64,000 nucleotides of DNA, taken from the IMG/VR virus record IMGVR_UViG_3300030333_002778, positions 1 to 64,000 of that record, one strand, 5' to 3'. Each line of letters begins with the position of its first letter. The first letter of the stretch is position 1. A program made the translations under genes and the position numbers. The notes under the pieces were generated by a model. The model was not told where the DNA came from. It saw only the letters and a list, made by a program, of their open reading frames with translations, and did not search any database. Origin of the DNA: a virus. Of this stretch, positions 1-9,092 are shown one piece after another.

Positions 1-430
1 GATCTGTAGAGCAATCTTCACATGATCCTAAATCAGAAAACATTTTATTTACACAACATTTTATTGTTCCATAAACCCATGCAAAACTACTTGCACTTAA
101 CCATTGATCATTTACTTTTACTCTATATTGTATTTTATAAATACCTTGGGTCATCACATCACCTGCCGCACCATTTAAATAACTCATATTTATATTAAAA
201 GTACATCCATTACCACAGGGTAAAGAAGAGCCTAATATAGATGAAGGTATTACAAAACTATCATCAGATCCAGGAGGAATTATTAAAATTTCTACATCCT
301 GTATATTTTGAAGTAATTGTCCAGTCCATCCTGATTGAGTTACAGGAGCTTGTCCTGTTGTATCTGTAAATACTATACTTGTACCATTACATGATTCTAC
401 TGCTGAAAAATTTATTGTTACACTTGCCAT
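1..430 (-). CDS. Structural protein downstream of the auxiliary capsid gene (partial, runs off the window)
   Basis: Hand translation from ATG at 430 (MASVTINFSAVESCNGTSIVFTDTTG...GIYKIQYRV...IKCCVNKMFSDLGSCEDC) is open to base 1; lies in the structural operon. Confidence 0.7.
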   Translation of the reverse strand, partial: MASVTINFSAVESCNGTSIVFTDTTGQAPVTQSGWTGQLLQNIQDVEILIIPPGSDDSFVIPSSILGSSLPCGNGCTFNINMSYLNGAAGDVMTQGIYKIQYRVKVNDQWLSASSFAWVYGTIKCCVNKMFSDLGSCEDCSTD

Positions 431-447
431 TAAACAATTATATTAAA

Positions 448-483
448 TACAAGTATAGGGGGATTTCTCCCCCTTAACTTGTA
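448..483 (-). terminator. Intergenic hairpin (terminator or processing site)
   Basis: Minus strand TACAAGTTAAGGGGGA-GAAA-TCCCCCTATACTTGTA: GNRA loop followed by a U-rich tract. Confidence 0.65.
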
Positions 484-495
484 AGATTAAATTTA

Positions 496-888
496 TTACA
501 CTACGTAACAAACAGTCACATCTAAATCACCTGCGTTAAATGTTCCAGTTGTTGTTATAGAGATAACACCACCCTGAACTGCATCTAATGCTAATGGAGT
601 AACTACTGCTGAACTATCTTGCTTATTTGCTGCATTCAAGTCTGCAAGTACTACTACTGGTGTAAGATCAACATGAGTTCCTCCTGCTGGTCCTATATTT
701 GCAATAATATTAGTACCATTTGTTAATGCTACATTAGCATACATATAAACACCTACTATCGTTGCTTTTGGTGGAATAATTACAGTACTGTCATAGTCAC
801 CTGCTGCTGTCGAACTAAATACGAAATTAGCTGTAGCACATTGAACTTCTCTGTTTATTCCTTTGCTTTTTATTGTTGGAGCTGCCAT
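496..888 (-). CDS. Small beta-rich virion protein (possible head decoration)
   Basis: 130 aa rich in A/G/T/V, located in the capsid operon. Confidence 0.55.
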   Translation of the reverse strand: MAAPTIKSKGINREVQCATANFVFSSTAAGDYDSTVIIPPKATIVGVYMYANVALTNGTNIIANIGPAGGTHVDLTPVVVLADLNAANKQDSSAVVTPLALDAVQGGVISITTTGTFNAGDLDVTVCYVV

Positions 889-920
889 TATATTAAAATT
901 TTATTAAGTTAAACAATTAA

Positions 921-1895
921 TTAAAGTACTACTGCTGGGAAATTACCCGCACATGAGTTAAACCATGGATTTAATTCATTTTGTAATGCTGTCTGCATTG
1001 CAGTTCCTGCATTATTTAAAGCTATAATAGTCATTTCTGGACTAGCCATATCTTTATTTAAATTAGCAGAAGCATGCATATCATCATGAAGAATAGTATA
1101 CATATCATACTCAACTCCTGATGTAGCATATACTGGGTATGAAGGAATAGGGAATTTCATTAAATTCGTAACACCTTCTTCTCCTAAGTTCTTTCTTTCA
1201 AGATCTGATACATGTTCATAAGTACCTGTACCAAATGCTGGATCTGTTGAATAAGTAACTGCAGTAGTTCCTCCATCAATAAATCCACCTTCTACGGTAA
1301 CCTTAAAATATACTTGCTCGTATCCATCAATTATTTTATAAGTTTGAGCTATACTAGTCAAACTTAAACCATAATCTGCACCATTATTTGTAGATGCTGC
1401 AACTACATAATCTTTAGCAATAGGGTCAGCATTAATTAATGCTACAAACTTAGCAGATATGTTAGCAACTGTATCTGAAGCTGTTGTAGTATAATTAAAA
1501 CGTCTTACTAATTGTCTTTCTGATCCTTGTACTTTATCGAATCTAAAAATAATAGACATTGAATATTCTGTACTATTTACTAAATTAATATCCAATGTAC
1601 CTGCACCTACGTTACCTACATGAGTAACTTGTTGAGTTGGTCCTGCATATACAGCCCCCATCCATTTATGCACTTGCGAGCCTTGGATTTTAGCTGAAAA
1701 TTTAGGAGCAACACCTGCTGGTGTACCTTGGGCTATATAGATATAAGGAGCATCTGCAATAGTTTCACCTGCTGCTAATCTCGTCATATCTGGTTTAAAA
1801 GCTGCTATTTCTCCGTCAGCTAAATCTGATACAGCTGTACCAGCTGATCGGGCTACATTTTTCCCGATTAAAATTTTATAATTTTCGTGTCTCAT
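921..1895 (-). CDS. crAss-like auxiliary capsid protein
   Basis: 324 aa; synteny MCP-conserved protein-ring-this gene as in crAss-like phages; C-terminal GxGTYE...Y(D)MYTI pattern. Confidence 0.65.
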   Translation of the reverse strand: MRHENYKILIGKNVARSAGTAVSDLADGEIAAFKPDMTRLAAGETIADAPYIYIAQGTPAGVAPKFSAKIQGSQVHKWMGAVYAGPTQQVTHVGNVGAGTLDINLVNSTEYSMSIIFRFDKVQGSERQLVRRFNYTTTASDTVANISAKFVALINADPIAKDYVVAASTNNGADYGLSLTSIAQTYKIIDGYEQVYFKVTVEGGFIDGGTTAVTYSTDPAFGTGTYEHVSDLERKNLGEEGVTNLMKFPIPSYPVYATSGVEYDMYTILHDDMHASANLNKDMASPEMTIIALNNAGTAMQTALQNELNPWFNSCAGNFPAVVL

Positions 1896-1903
1896 TATAA
1901 ATC

Positions 1904-1923
1904 TTTTTTAAAAATTAAACAAT
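1904..1923 (-). promoter_or_regulatory. 20-bp leader motif ATTGTTTAATTTTTAAAAAA, copy 1
   Basis: Exact match to 4856-4875; just upstream of the ATG at 1895. Confidence 0.55.
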
Positions 1924-1926
1924 ATT

Positions 1927-2604
1927 TTATTCTTGTGACATTTGTTCAACCATATGAGTTTGGAATCTTGGGTTAGCTGTATTTTCTAAAGCCATACCAA
2001 CTGCCATTGTAACAATTTCAGTATGTGTATGATTAGCCAATTCACAATCTATACCCTCAGATAAACTCATAGTTATAGGTTCTTTCAAATATCTTAAAAA
2101 GTATTTGTCAATAGACAAAGATCCATCGCTTATTAGCTCTGAAAAATTTTGGTGCATTAATCTAACAATTTGATTTCTATCAGGTTTATTAAAAGGATCT
2201 TTAATAATCTTATTATAATCATCATGTTGAATAACTTTAACACCTACACGATCTGTTACTAAACTACCATTGCAGTCCATATAACGAATTTCACATTCTT
2301 CGTTAATAGCAAACCAATAATCTTGAGGTAATTCAAATAATACACCATCAGGCTTTTCGGCCCCAGTAGGAGCAGTAGGTTCTATCATAGTTTGTATAAT
2401 AGTTTCCCTTAAATCATCCGTCCTTTTCTGTGTTTCCTCAAACGTTTCATCTCTAACATCGTGCGAATATCTTTGCTTAACAAATTTGTCTTGTGCTTTA
2501 TTTAACCACAAGTCAATTTCTTCAGGTTCAAAGTTAGGGTAGTTAAGACTATCAGTCTTATCTAACCCCACCTTGAATTCTATGTGCATTTCTGCTATCG
2601 TCAT
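1927..2604 (-). CDS. crAss-like tail ring/adaptor protein
   Basis: N-terminal FEPEEIDLWLNKAQDKFVK and C-terminal YLKEP...CEL..HTHTEIV.MAV.MAL, typical of crAss ring proteins. Confidence 0.75.
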   Translation of the reverse strand: MTIAEMHIEFKVGLDKTDSLNYPNFEPEEIDLWLNKAQDKFVKQRYSHDVRDETFEETQKRTDDLRETIIQTMIEPTAPTGAEKPDGVLFELPQDYWFAINEECEIRYMDCNGSLVTDRVGVKVIQHDDYNKIIKDPFNKPDRNQIVRLMHQNFSELISDGSLSIDKYFLRYLKEPITMSLSEGIDCELANHTHTEIVTMAVGMALENTANPRFQTHMVEQMSQE

Positions 2605-3377
2605 TATTTACTTTTTTTACTAGCTTGTAATTTTGATTTCAGGGATAACACAATATCCTGATTTTTAGGACTCTTTAAATATCCAACTGCAGTTTCTATA
2701 TCATGTCCTATAGGATTATCACCGAACATATAATGTCCACCTCTAATTCTAAGAGCATTAATAGCAACTAAGTCTTCTATAAAAACCCTAGTTTTGAAAT
2801 CCGCAATTCCTATAATATTATTAAATTCTTTAGGATCTTTTTCAATGATATCATTTAATGTATTTTCAACTAAAGTATCAGAAGCGTTTTCAGCTCTTTT
2901 ACCCATTAATTTTAATACATCTCTCATTTCTTTAGTCGTTAAAGAACTAAATTTCTTATAAGCTTTACGTTTTTCTTTGACAACTAAGTTGTCTTTTTTA
3001 GCATCTTCTTCCGCATCATATAAAACATACTCTGCTTTAGGAGTTGCTGATAAGTCATTTACTGAATTGGCTACTCTTTTACTAGCAAATAAAATCTTAT
3101 AATCTAGAAAATCTTTTGGATTATCTAATTTTAAAGTTTTTTGTTTGTCTGTTAAAACAATAGTATAATCTCTCCAGTAAGTAGAATATTTATTTAACGT
3201 GCCATTCTGTAGACTTAATTTCTTTTCAAGTTCCTTTTCCTCCTCTTCTGTAAGACCGGTAGCATAGCCAGCACGTCCGTACTGAGCTATGACCGTATCT
3301 TTACATTTAGGGAATCTATGATAACCTGACCAGCGATGTTTCTCTACTGACTTCACGATTACAGTACCTTTTGCCAT
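2604..3377 (-). CDS. Conserved crAss-like protein encoded after the MCP
   Basis: 257 aa, charged; directly downstream of MCP; LxLDNPxD motif. Confidence 0.65.
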   Translation of the reverse strand: MAKGTVIVKSVEKHRWSGYHRFPKCKDTVIAQYGRAGYATGLTEEEEKELEKKLSLQNGTLNKYSTYWRDYTIVLTDKQKTLKLDNPKDFLDYKILFASKRVANSVNDLSATPKAEYVLYDAEEDAKKDNLVVKEKRKAYKKFSSLTTKEMRDVLKLMGKRAENASDTLVENTLNDIIEKDPKEFNNIIGIADFKTRVFIEDLVAINALRIRGGHYMFGDNPIGHDIETAVGYLKSPKNQDIVLSLKSKLQASKKSK

Positions 3378-3399
3378 AATTATAAATTAAAAATTAATA

Positions 3400-4848
3400 T
3401 TAATTACCTGCTGCATTAGTACAAACTAACTCACCACATGCCATTGGGTTTTTGATCATGATACCACATTCAGTTAACATGTGTACTGAATAACCGTCAA
3501 GATTATCAGAACGCATAGTGTTTACTGATTTAGCTGTGTTACCAAATGGATCAACAGAACCTGCTGTATGCCACATGATATCCTTAGATCCTTTTTTATG
3601 AACTGTTTGGATATTTGATTCTCCACCAGCCATTCCAAAATCTAAGAATGTAAATCTGTATGATTCTAAAGGTCTACCCGTTTCAGCGTGTAACTGTCTA
3701 TTGATAACAGTATTATCATATAAAGGTAAATGTTTAAGAGTAATCTTAGTTCCATTTAATCCCATATATGTTTTAAACTGTCCACCTAATGCAAGGTTTT
3801 GTCCACTACCAGTTACAAATTTAGAATCTACTAAAGTCCAATTAGACGCAGCTGTTTTCATAGCTTTGTCAAACTCAGCAAATCCATATTCACCAGTAAA
3901 TGCAACAAAATCTCTAGATGATTCTGGAGACACGTTGTAAGATAGATCAATTAAAAAGTCTCTAATGATATCTTCAGTTAATGTAGTATAATCACGTTTA
4001 TTAGCTGGAGCAATTTGCTCTCTAATACCCGCTCCCTCATAAACTGGAAGTCCATTATTTCCTAACATATCAGTTACTCCATTTGAAGCACTTGAGAAAG
4101 TTGAGTACCAATAAGCTCTTTCAATCTCTCTGTACCATTGTGCCATTGCTTCCCACTCAGCATATCTAGTCCAAACCGTAGATTTTTTTCCAGGGTTATT
4201 AGGATCAGATAACTGAATAACAAGCGCATCAGTTGCTGCACTTCTAGTTACAGTATATGATTTTCTTAAAGTAGTCATATGATTTCTCATTTTGAAAGGA
4301 GAGCTGAAAGTTGTATTACCTCCAGTAGAGAACTCAGGAACAGTTGTATATTCCTTAGAAAACTCTCTTCCAGCTTTGATTAAATCAGGATCCATAAATT
4401 TTGCTGGATCTGGGCTCGTTAGTTTTAACGTATATACCCATGCTGAACCATCAAAATAAGGATCTTCCATTACTCTTACTCGATATGATCGATCATCTGC
4501 CACAAGAACTTCTTGATTAGCGAACCATTTTTCCGCAAATTTTACACGGAATGTAGTTCTGTTTAGACCAGGCTGTACGCCTCCGTCTCCTAAGTTTGCT
4601 ACTACAGCGATAGACTTTTCATCATCACCTTGTAAATACCAATCATATTCTCTATTCCCCAATTCTTTCGTTCTTCCCATACCTGATGTAAGATATTGAA
4701 TTGGATTAGAACCCTGCATTCCAAAAATTCGAGTAACTAAAGTACTCATAACTTCTGGCTCAGTTAAATATGCTGTAGACAAGTGATTTTGTTGTGTCAA
4801 TCCTGAGTGCCACTTAGTTTTATAAAGTTGCAATCCATTTATAGCCAT
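3400..4848 (-). CDS. Major capsid protein (crAss-like)
   Basis: 482 aa; W.SGLT..NHL start, GAGIREQI, FTGEYGFAEF, LKHLPLYD; preceded by an acidic scaffold gene. Confidence 0.92.
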   Translation of the reverse strand: MAINGLQLYKTKWHSGLTQQNHLSTAYLTEPEVMSTLVTRIFGMQGSNPIQYLTSGMGRTKELGNREYDWYLQGDDEKSIAVVANLGDGGVQPGLNRTTFRVKFAEKWFANQEVLVADDRSYRVRVMEDPYFDGSAWVYTLKLTSPDPAKFMDPDLIKAGREFSKEYTTVPEFSTGGNTTFSSPFKMRNHMTTLRKSYTVTRSAATDALVIQLSDPNNPGKKSTVWTRYAEWEAMAQWYREIERAYWYSTFSSASNGVTDMLGNNGLPVYEGAGIREQIAPANKRDYTTLTEDIIRDFLIDLSYNVSPESSRDFVAFTGEYGFAEFDKAMKTAASNWTLVDSKFVTGSGQNLALGGQFKTYMGLNGTKITLKHLPLYDNTVINRQLHAETGRPLESYRFTFLDFGMAGGESNIQTVHKKGSKDIMWHTAGSVDPFGNTAKSVNTMRSDNLDGYSVHMLTECGIMIKNPMACGELVCTNAAGN

Positions 4849-4855
4849 TCACTTA

Positions 4856-4875
4856 TTTTTTAAAAATTAAACAAT
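4856..4875 (-). promoter_or_regulatory. 20-bp leader motif ATTGTTTAATTTTTAAAAAA, copy 2
   Basis: Exact match to 1904-1923; upstream of the MCP start. Confidence 0.55.
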
Positions 4876-4880
4876 TATTA

Positions 4881-6050
4881 TTACTTGACCGCTTTTTGGA
4901 ACAAACTAAAGTCAACATCTTCACTTGATCTCGTTCTAGATTTACTTTTAAGTTTCTTAGTAGAAACACTAGAAGCTCTTTCTAAACTTTTTCTAAGTGA
5001 TGAAGTAGCTTTTGTTCGCGCCTTTTTTTCAACCTTGGAAAAATCAAAGTTGTTAAAATATAACCAAGCCATTTTCAACTGTGCGTCTGGATCCTTTTCA
5101 GAATCTGTGACCAACTTTGTTTTTCCAGTCTTGCGGTCAGCTTTAGTTATATATTCGAAAAAATCTTTCTTCTGTTTTTTAGAAATAGGGAATCCCGCTA
5201 TTTCTTCTCTTTTATCTATATCAGTTTCTAAATTAGTAAGAAATTCTTTATATTGTGCCTCTCTTTGTTCATTAGCTTTCTGTTGCTCTTTTATTAAATT
5301 AGCACGTTCAGCTTCTTGATGTTTCTGTAATTTAGCTAAAGATCTAGAAGCTCTTTTGGCAAGAACTCCTCCATCTAATAAATCTTGAACTTCATCTATA
5401 ATTTCTTCTTGAGAGTATCCTTCTCTTCTCATTAATTCAGCTACAAGTTGCTTTTGCATATTCTCATTTTTTTCAATAGCCTTTTTATCTATACGATTAA
5501 AATCTACATCAGAATGAGCTCTAACAAAATGTTGAGGATCTCCTCCCTGCTCTACATAGTTGATAAATTCTTTAGATGTAGGATCTAGAGAATCTTTATA
5601 TTTCTCTATTCCTTTCTTTATTTGATCTTCAACTACTTTTGCAAGACCCTCTTCAGAATCTTCAAAATCTTCATCACTATAATCTACAATACCTTCTTCT
5701 CTTAAAAAGTTTGCAACAACAGCTATTTCAGAAGGAGCTTCATCTGAAACTTCTTCTTTAGAAGTTTCTTCTGCTTTTACTTCTTCTTCTTTTTCTTCTT
5801 TTTCTTCAACTTCTTCTAATTCTTTATATTGAATTTCTAAATTATCAGAAGAAAGTTCTTCAACATCTTTTGATTTTGATTCTGTCTTTTTTTCAGGAGT
5901 TTCAGTTTTATCTTCTATTCCTGTATCATCACCTAAGGATTCTCCATCAGGTAAATCTTTAATTTCTAAATTATCTTGCGGTACCATTGTATCCCCAGCA
6001 AGAATATTAAAACCTTCAAAAGGTTTTTCTTCATTGGTTTCTTTACTCAT
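4881..6050 (-). CDS. Putative capsid scaffolding/assembly protein
   Basis: 389 aa; very acidic N-half, coiled coil, basic C-terminus; immediately upstream of MCP. Confidence 0.75.
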   Translation of the reverse strand: MSKETNEEKPFEGFNILAGDTMVPQDNLEIKDLPDGESLGDDTGIEDKTETPEKKTESKSKDVEELSSDNLEIQYKELEEVEEKEEKEEEVKAEETSKEEVSDEAPSEIAVVANFLREEGIVDYSDEDFEDSEEGLAKVVEDQIKKGIEKYKDSLDPTSKEFINYVEQGGDPQHFVRAHSDVDFNRIDKKAIEKNENMQKQLVAELMRREGYSQEEIIDEVQDLLDGGVLAKRASRSLAKLQKHQEAERANLIKEQQKANEQREAQYKEFLTNLETDIDKREEIAGFPISKKQKKDFFEYITKADRKTGKTKLVTDSEKDPDAQLKMAWLYFNNFDFSKVEKKARTKATSSLRKSLERASSVSTKKLKSKSRTRSSEDVDFSLFQKAVK

Positions 6051-6076
6051 AATTAAATATATTTAACATAATTTCA

Positions 6077-6106
6077 CAAAAATAAAATTAAATTCCAATA
6101 AAACAA
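6077..6106 (-). promoter_or_regulatory. Bacteroidota sigma70-type promoter for the scaffold/MCP operon
   Basis: Minus strand TTG-N19-TATTTTTG (-33/-7 consensus). Confidence 0.75.
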
Positions 6107-6153
6107 TTCTTTTTTTAAAAAAATCTAATTTTTTTTACATTTATTATAGCGGT

Positions 6154-6525
6154 TTATCGTTTACCACCATCATACACTACAGCATGACCTTCTTTAACTA
6201 ATGTGTCATTTATACACACTTGTGTTAGAACATCTTTGCCTGCTAGTTTATTAATATGCAACCTTCCAAGAACCCTACCATATTTACCAAGTTCTTCAGA
6301 TTGCAGCTCAAAACAATTAGCAGCTCCTTCCAGAATATCTATAAGTCTTTCCTTAGCAGCTAATCCTAATTTTTTCTCTACTTTATTTCTTGTTCTAGAT
6401 TCTGGAGCATTAATACCAGCAAGACGAATTCTCTTCTTTACATGGACATCAAAACCCAAATCTATATCAGCATCAATGGTATCTCCATCAACTACTCTTA
6501 TTAATTTTGCATTATATCTATACAT
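6154..6525 (-). CDS. Thermonuclease (SNase) family nuclease
   Basis: RVVDGDTID, RIRLAGINAPE, GKYGRVLG, INDTLVKEGHA motifs. Confidence 0.88.
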   Translation of the reverse strand: MYRYNAKLIRVVDGDTIDADIDLGFDVHVKKRIRLAGINAPESRTRNKVEKKLGLAAKERLIDILEGAANCFELQSEELGKYGRVLGRLHINKLAGKDVLTQVCINDTLVKEGHAVVYDGGKR

Positions 6526-9092
6526 TAGTCTAAATTGTATCTAAAATTCATATCTGTATTTTTAAAGAAAGTTTCTCTATCTTCATATCCTTCAGTAACT
6601 TTATAATCCCAATCTACACCACGTACTGAAGGTTGATGTTTATTCTTTCCTGATATATAATCATTCCAATTAGTCCATAATAATTCACCTTTATCATTTG
6701 TTTTAGTTGGACTACATGTTATACAATATACATCGGTCAAACCATCATATTTACCTCCTTGTATTGGATTTTCTTTTCTAAATTGAACTGGGTCTAATAT
6801 ATACCTAGAATAAAATCTACCCTCCCTAGGTAAAGAATCGTCATATCCCCAACCTGGATTATCCTCTGATCCTACTAATTTATTTGGATTATTTTTAAAA
6901 TATTTTTGAAAATTATATCCATGTCCCATATTATAAGCTAACATAGCTCTATATTTTTTTTCGTTTGCATTTGGTGCGTCTACAATATAAGGCCTATCCA
7001 TTAACCAATCTAAATAAGTTGCTTGAAAGTATCTAGCTATTACCGGATCATTTGGATCAGCATCTTCAGGTAAATATCCTCTTTCTATCCACATATTCCA
7101 TGTTCTAGGTAAAGTTTGAGCTAATCCAAAAGCACCTGCAGAACTTGTTCTAGGATCACCATCTTGAAGTTGTAAATAGTTTTCTTTCCATAACATATTA
7201 TTTAACTCTTCATCAGTAAACCATTTATTCTCTATTTTATCTAATTCTTGATTATACCATTCTTTACTAAATTTCTTTATTTTTTTTTCATCATCACCAT
7301 TATTCTGAGGTTTTAAAGCCATTAAAGATTCCATTAATGTAGACTCTTCATTTGTGGAGGTAGGAGGAGTCGAACCTCCGTATTCAAAGCGGGGTACATC
7401 ACCACGCGATGACAAACCAAATCTACCCCCATGTCTAGCTCGTGCTCTGCTATGTCCATATTTAGCACGTACTCTATAATTATCAGATCTAGTTCTAAAC
7501 TTAAGAGTATCCATCAATGGATCTCCTGTTGTTGTCATTCTTCCACCATATCTAGCTGTTACAGTCTGCTGATTTTGTAGATCATCTATATTATATTTTT
7601 CAAAAAAATTTTTTATAATTTTTTTATTCTTTTCTGTTATAACATTCATAAGATATCTAATATTCATATCTTCATCTATAAATTTAGGATCATCATGACG
7701 ATATTCAGGAATTCTAAACCTTTCTATAAATCTTTCTAAAGGTAAAGTAAGTTTTCCATCACCAAATGAATCTAAATATTCTCGCCAATGTTCAGCTGTC
7801 ATCTGCTCATATCTATAATCATATATACCTTTATCTAGCATATCTTGTCTTATAGCTCCCATATCAGCATGAGTCTCTTCTGTATCCTCAAGATGACCTC
7901 CTTCGTTAGAAAAATTTAGAGCACTAAGCATTCGTTTTTCTCTTTCTGGTAAATAATGTGAAAATCCATGATGGCCTATTTCATGTGCTAAAGTTGATTT
8001 AATATTATCAACCCATTGTGGATGTATTTGATCCATATATGGACTAACAGTTACAGTTCCTAAAAGATCCTTCCATCTAGGATCATCAGGATTTTCATTT
8101 GCCATTCTTAAAATAGAGTTTATTTCTTTTTGATTCATTTTTGCACCTACATCATCCCATTCAAAAGGATAGTCATAATAACCCTCTCCCTGTGTACGAT
8201 CATAATAATTTTTTGTAGAATAAAGCTCTTTATGTATATTTGGACCTATTTTAAATGGCCATGCATATCCACCAGTAGTTTCATGATCTCCTATTTTTCT
8301 TCTACTATATATTGCATTTACTAAATTTGGGTATTTACCTGCCTCTTCACTATCTAGAAACTCGTCTAAATTCTTATATTTTTTTGTTATATCTTTATAA
8401 TTTAATATATCTGGATTAGCTTCATAGAATGCTGCAAGATGTTTTTGTTGATTAACTACATTATCACGTTGTCCAAGAAAAGTTAAATTTCCAAGCGCAT
8501 CTGTAAATAAACTCTTTTGATTTTTCCAAGATTTTCTTGGTATATTATCAATAAATCTACTATCAAAATCTAAAAAAGAATCTTCACCCATCCATTCATC
8601 TAATAATTCTTGTTCCTGATTATACTGTGTATATTTATTATTAATTGAAGGATATACTGAAAGAAAAGGAGTATTCTCTATAAACTCTCCTGAATATCTT
8701 CTCTCAGCTAAACTATCTGGATCTGTATAATACTCCATTAAATCTGAAATATAATTTCTATCAGGAACATTCATAGGATTGAATTCGTTTTTCATATAAT
8801 CAGACATTATAGGATTTGGCCAAACTCTTATATCCTTTCTTAAACCTTCAGTATCAATTTCATTAGAACCTTTACCTGTTATATAACCACGTTCATCTAC
8901 TAAATTTGGATATTTTGAATGTAATTCTTTTTTCTGTTGCTGAAAATATTTTTCTGGATTTTCTATACGGTCTTTTTCTTCCGCAGTTAATTTACTATCT
9001 TTCCTAGATATTTTATTAGCTTTTAGTTGATTTAATAACTTTCTAAAAACTCCAGGTTTTTTATTACCACCATTTTCATAACGTCTCCTCAT
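6525..9092 (-). CDS. 855-aa cargo-like protein with a zincin HExxH domain and a C-terminal lytic transglycosylase (SLT)
   Basis: TLAHEIGHH with downstream EETHAD; SLT motifs WKEN, SSAGAFGLAQ, AMLAYNMGHG. Confidence 0.78.
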   Translation of the reverse strand: MRRRYENGGNKKPGVFRKLLNQLKANKISRKDSKLTAEEKDRIENPEKYFQQQKKELHSKYPNLVDERGYITGKGSNEIDTEGLRKDIRVWPNPIMSDYMKNEFNPMNVPDRNYISDLMEYYTDPDSLAERRYSGEFIENTPFLSVYPSINNKYTQYNQEQELLDEWMGEDSFLDFDSRFIDNIPRKSWKNQKSLFTDALGNLTFLGQRDNVVNQQKHLAAFYEANPDILNYKDITKKYKNLDEFLDSEEAGKYPNLVNAIYSRRKIGDHETTGGYAWPFKIGPNIHKELYSTKNYYDRTQGEGYYDYPFEWDDVGAKMNQKEINSILRMANENPDDPRWKDLLGTVTVSPYMDQIHPQWVDNIKSTLAHEIGHHGFSHYLPEREKRMLSALNFSNEGGHLEDTEETHADMGAIRQDMLDKGIYDYRYEQMTAEHWREYLDSFGDGKLTLPLERFIERFRIPEYRHDDPKFIDEDMNIRYLMNVITEKNKKIIKNFFEKYNIDDLQNQQTVTARYGGRMTTTGDPLMDTLKFRTRSDNYRVRAKYGHSRARARHGGRFGLSSRGDVPRFEYGGSTPPTSTNEESTLMESLMALKPQNNGDDEKKIKKFSKEWYNQELDKIENKWFTDEELNNMLWKENYLQLQDGDPRTSSAGAFGLAQTLPRTWNMWIERGYLPEDADPNDPVIARYFQATYLDWLMDRPYIVDAPNANEKKYRAMLAYNMGHGYNFQKYFKNNPNKLVGSEDNPGWGYDDSLPREGRFYSRYILDPVQFRKENPIQGGKYDGLTDVYCITCSPTKTNDKGELLWTNWNDYISGKNKHQPSVRGVDWDYKVTEGYEDRETFFKNTDMNFRYNLD
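7355..7430 (-). ncRNA. tmRNA-like tRNA-like domain (Ala acceptor) embedded in the CDS
   Basis: Acceptor GGGGGTA/TACCTCC with G3:U70 and A73; perfect T-arm GGAGG-TTCGACT-CCTCC; stemless D-loop GATTTGGTTTG. Confidence 0.65.

Noticed and set aside
6154-6180. C-terminal YDGGKR of the SNase as another GG cargo motif
   Set aside because: This ending is typical of the phage SNase family itself
7100-7430. Full-length tmRNA or canonical tRNA-Ala
   Set aside because: The acceptor halves are only 76 nt apart with no room for a tag ORF or pseudoknots; no D-stem or 7-nt anticodon loop
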